From Dehalococcoidia bacterium (GTDB lineage Bacteria > Chloroflexota > Dehalococcoidia > Plut-88900), in NCBI GenBank assembly GCA_965207225.1, contig CBDBLV010000002.1, positions 64,001 to 128,000 of the forward strand: DNA of 64,000 bases. The letters run 5' to 3'. This document shows, piece after piece, positions 60,871-64,000 of the stretch. A program made the position numbers and the translations under genes. Under the pieces are notes generated by a model that was given only the letters and a program-made list of their open reading frames with translations, was not told the origin of the DNA and searched no databases. Numbering within the stretch: the stretch's first letter is position 1; the number at the start of each line of letters is the position of its first letter.

Positions 60871-61212
60871 CTAAGGCCAACGTCGCAGCGTCAGTCGTTC
60901 GGTGGCCAAACGGTTCATGCTAACACCGGCCTCGGCTGCGTCCATCGCCAGGGCGCGGTGGGTCTCCGGGGGAATGCGCAGGGTGATCGTCCCGCTGTAG
61001 CGGCGTGTGGATATCGGCTCCGGCACTTCAATGCCCTCCTCCAGATTCAGTTGGACGGCGTGGGACACCACCTCTCGAATCCCGGTCAGGGCCTTTTCCG
61101 GCGTACCGTCCAGGTGGCTCAGCAGGCCGAACTCGGCGCACAGGCCGACGTACTCCCCGTCCTCGTCGGACCAGAAGACCCGGTAGGTGTAGCGGTCGAT
61201 CAATTCAGCCAT
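60871..61212 (-). CDS. hicB: HicB-family antitoxin
   Basis: YRVFWSDEDGEYVG..EF, YSG..TLRIPPETHR.LA..A...GVSMN. Confidence 0.88.
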   Translation of the reverse strand: MAELIDRYTYRVFWSDEDGEYVGLCAEFGLLSHLDGTPEKALTGIREVVSHAVQLNLEEGIEVPEPISTRRYSGTITLRIPPETHRALAMDAAEAGVSMNRLATERLTLRRWP

Positions 61213-61453
61213 GCATTTCCTCCAATCTGTCGATTGCCCTGAGCGCCTGACGGACCTGGTAAGCCTTGGCCATTCCCCGAACGGGCTGGATGTTCACCAG
61301 CGGCCTGCCCTGCCAGGGCATCCTGTAGAAGAGATGGCTGCCCCTCTGTCTCGGCTCTCCGAAGTAGCGGTCGCAGACCCTTCTGAGGTCGTCGAACCGG
61401 ACGTTCCGAGGGTTGCGCCGCATGTTGTCCAGTGTCCTGTCCACGATATTCAC
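61205..61453 (-). CDS. hicA: HicA-family toxin
   Basis: NPRNVRFDDL..FGEPRQRGSH..AKAYQVRQ. Confidence 0.85.
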   Translation of the reverse strand: MNIVDRTLDNMRRNPRNVRFDDLRRVCDRYFGEPRQRGSHLFYRMPWQGRPLVNIQPVRGMAKAYQVRQALRAIDRLEEMHG

Positions 61454-61509
61454 ATGATGGCACTAATGCCACCCCGTGTCAAGGACGACGCAGCTTCCTG
61501 CAAGACGCC

Positions 61510-61716
61510 TCAGTCCTCCCCATCCGGGCCGTGCTGAGGCGATGGGTCCTCAGGGGAAGCCTCTTCGTCCTGGGTCAATTTGGCCAGTATGGTGAAGAGC
61601 CTGCGCAGGCGGTCCCGGGCGTCGGGAGCGGGGTTGCAGTTGATCGCCACCACGCGCAGTTCTGCGGAGGCTTCCCTTCGCGTCTTCTGCTCTGTCCTGC
61701 GGGTGGCTTCTTTCAA
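61510..61716 (-). CDS. Small hypothetical protein upstream of hicAB-LSR5
   Basis: PAPDARDRLRRLFTILAK amphipathic helix. Confidence 0.45.
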   Translation of the reverse strand: MKEATRRTEQKTRREASAELRVVAINCNPAPDARDRLRRLFTILAKLTQDEEASPEDPSPQHGPDGED

Positions 61717-62270
61717 GATCGCTGCTCTTGTCGCTTTGCTTGCGGTCGGATAGGTGCTCAGGGTTGACCTACCGGACTACGGCCCGGTCGTTACGTCAGT
61801 GTGGACGACCGGAATGGCGAGCGTTATCCCTCAGAGGGGGTATTCATCCGTGCAACCGGTTTCATTCATCCCCCGTAGCGATGGCGAGACGCAATGGGGC
61901 CAGACCCGGCTACCGGGATGAGGCCGTGGAGGCCACGGCGTCACCGGGGTTGTTGGTCGCTCTGTCGAACTCAGCGCCACCTCGCTCACCTCGTCGTGGT
62001 CTGCTGCGACGCACTTGATCGCAGCGTTCACCAGAGAGTGTGAACGGTTCAGACGCGAAAAAAGACCTCACGCAAGGTGGCACCTTCCGAGGTCCCTTTT
62101 TGGCGGGCCGTTTCTTGCAGTGGCAGGGGTGTACAGGAAAAGGAGTTTGGTGACTGACTGGTCAAAGTCGTGATTCCGTAGCTGAACCAGGGGCAAAACC
62201 CACTCTACCGGACGTGAGCGGTGAGCAATCTGATGAAAGGGCGGAGTCCGGTCTCCAATGACAAAAAGAT

Positions 62271-62354
62271 GCTTGAGGTGGGGGTGCATGACGCGGCCAA
62301 AATCGACGGCCCGATGACAAAACCGGCCAAAAAGTGCGCTTGAGGTGGGGGTGC
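62271..62354 (+). repeat. 17-bp perfect direct repeat GCTTGAGGTGGGGGTGC (62271-62287 and 62338-62354)
   Basis: Read directly. Both copies are preceded by TGACAAAA and followed by ACGCGG. Confidence 0.7.
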
Positions 62355-62439
62355 GTTACGCGGGGTGCGACATCGCAGAAAACACGGACTTGGCGGAATT
62401 CACAGCTGAGACGAATTTCTTGAGGAGGAGGACATTGCC

Positions 62440-62883
62440 ATGAAGACCACCGGACACGGCATTGAGGACAGCAAAGACGTGGAGAACATGTACCACATGC
62501 GGCTCATGACGTTGCTGCAAGAGCTGGTGCGGGAGCGCGGGTACAGGGGCGCTGCGCGGGCGCTGGAGATCGACCAGCGCACGGTGGCCGAGAGCGCAAG
62601 GACGGGAAGGCTGTCGCGGCGTATGCGGGAGGCCCTGGAGCGGGCTTTGCGGTAGGGCGTGGGTTCTACGGCGGTCCGCCAGCGGGAGCCCAACGACGCC
62701 TTGGAGGAACGGTTGGGGGCGCTGGAGGGCGCGGTGAAGGCCCTGGGGCAGGACGACTTCATGGGGGCGAAGATGACCGGGGGCGCTCACGCCCACGCCG
62801 TTCCTTCCCAGCAAGGCGCTGATGGAGGGGGAGACGGAGCGGAGCGTCAGGACGGGAGAAAAATCCTCCGTCGGAGTCCTTGA
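62440..62883 (+). pseudogene. HTH/coiled-coil gene (paralog of 17926) with an internal TAG, ending just before IS630
   Basis: LLQELVRERGYRGAARALEIDQRTV..LSRRMREAL. The stop at 62653-62655 is followed by in-frame ALEERLGALE. Confidence 0.65.
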
Positions 62884-62904
62884 CCCGGCGCAAGTATCTC
62901 GACC

Positions 62905-64000
62905 TAGTACCGTTTCAACTTGAATATGCTGGATAGATGTGTTGAAGTTTAGTGCGAGCGTGGTGAGTGGAGAAGCGCCAGTCTATGACAGCGCCGGCCT
63001 CATTGCGCTCACGTTCCAGCGCCAAGACTTCTCGCTTCAGTACAGCCTCGTCGCCGATTCGGCGGTTGAGACACTGGTTGCTCAAGACACTCAGCTCTAT
63101 CTCGGCCATGTTCAGCCAACTGCCGTGTACTGGGGTGTAGTGGAACTCGAGGCTCTTGGCAATACGGCGCGCTTCCGCCGGCTCGAAGGCATCGTACAAC
63201 GAACCCAGCTTGTGTGTGTTGAGATTGTCCAGCACCAGCCGTATCGTCTGGGTGTGAGGGTACGCCTCATCGACCAGCCATCTCATCTGATATACGAAAT
63301 CCACGGCAGTACGTTGCTCGGTCACCTCGACATGCTTCCAGCCGGCTTTCGGCTCACAGATCATGAACAGGTTGCGTGTGCCGTTTCGCTTGTACTCGTA
63401 GTCATATCGTTCCACCCGCCCCGGCTTGGCCCTGATGGATGGCCTCTTATCGGCCACCAGTTGCTTGGACGTCTCGTCGAAGCAGACCACGGGACGGTCC
63501 GGGTCGTAGTCTTCATCATACAGGTCGAGCACGTCCTCCATTCGAGCTACGAACTCCCCGCTCACTTGGGGGACGCACCACTCCTTCTTCTTCCACGGCT
63601 TGAGTTCGTTTTTTTGAGTATCTGGCGCACCGTCTCGAGCGAGATGCTCTCGGCAAACCCCATCGCCACCACCCTGTCGGCAAGCAGTTGCAGCGTCCAA
63701 ACCGCGTGGCCTTCGGGTGCGTTGCTGCACGCGATGGCTATCAGATGTGCTTCCTGCCTGCCGTCCAACTTGCGCTTCTGCCCCGGTCGCGCTCGCTCAT
63801 TGAGGGCCCCGTCGAGCCCCTCGTGCACAAACCGGGTGCGCACACGCCCCACCGTGGATACGCTTATCAATAGGCCATTGGCGATGTCGCGGTCGGGCAT
63901 ACCTTCGTCTGCCTTCAGCAACACCAACGCTCGCTTCACCTTACGAGCCGAGGCTTCGCCACGACTCACTAACTGCTTCAGATGTGTCCGCTCCGACCCG
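62905..64000 (-). mobile_element. IS630-family insertion sequence (runs off the window), transposase needs a -1 frameshift
   Basis: HTH ORF (63562 onward) plus DDE ORF (CFDE, VLDNL, SWLNMAEIE). A7 slippery site at 63609-63615. The end reads ..GGTACTAG on the minus strand. Confidence 0.92.

Overview
GC-rich bacterial window. Gene content and paralog expansions suggest Chloroflexota/Dehalococcoidia (SAR202-like); this is inference. Positions 1-11.3 kb are core chromosome: two tandem FAD-dependent DAO/glycine-oxidase paralogs, two tandem amidohydrolases, rsfS, ndk, tsaB, tsaE, thiL, a metallophosphoesterase, a 2-hydroxyacid dehydrogenase, a tautomerase and tRNA-Lys(CTT). From the tRNA 3' end to the window end lies a composite island array built by large serine recombinases (LSRs): four full-length or near full-length genes and two fragments. 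Element 1 (11328-24265) is bounded by a 9-bp core, GGCCCACCA, and its integrase C-terminus is swapped on integration. The middle is a dense defence cluster: (i) patatin plus a CD-NTase fused to an E2/SEC-C domain, divergent from a DUF2604-type Ubl-E2-JAB-E1 (Bil-like) operon that is followed by a STAS-wHTH regulator; (ii) an ISG15-like double-Ubl-E2-JAB-E1 operon preceded by a sigma factor, a putative anti-sigma/HTH protein and an IrrE-peptidase-UvrD-Fe-S/nuclease-fold fusion; (iii) an AbiE-like pair; (iv) a CdnE-like CD-NTase in a tight operon with two unrecognised partners. The right part holds a two-component system, an interrupted FN3/LRR surface protein, an LSR element inserted into another LSR gene, HicAB and IS630. 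The best candidates for undescribed systems are the sigma/anti-sigma/peptidase-helicase module coupled to the ISG15-like operon, the CD-NTase-E2 fusion CBASS, and the CdnE operon with unknown effectors. All domain calls come from motifs read by eye; no searches were run.
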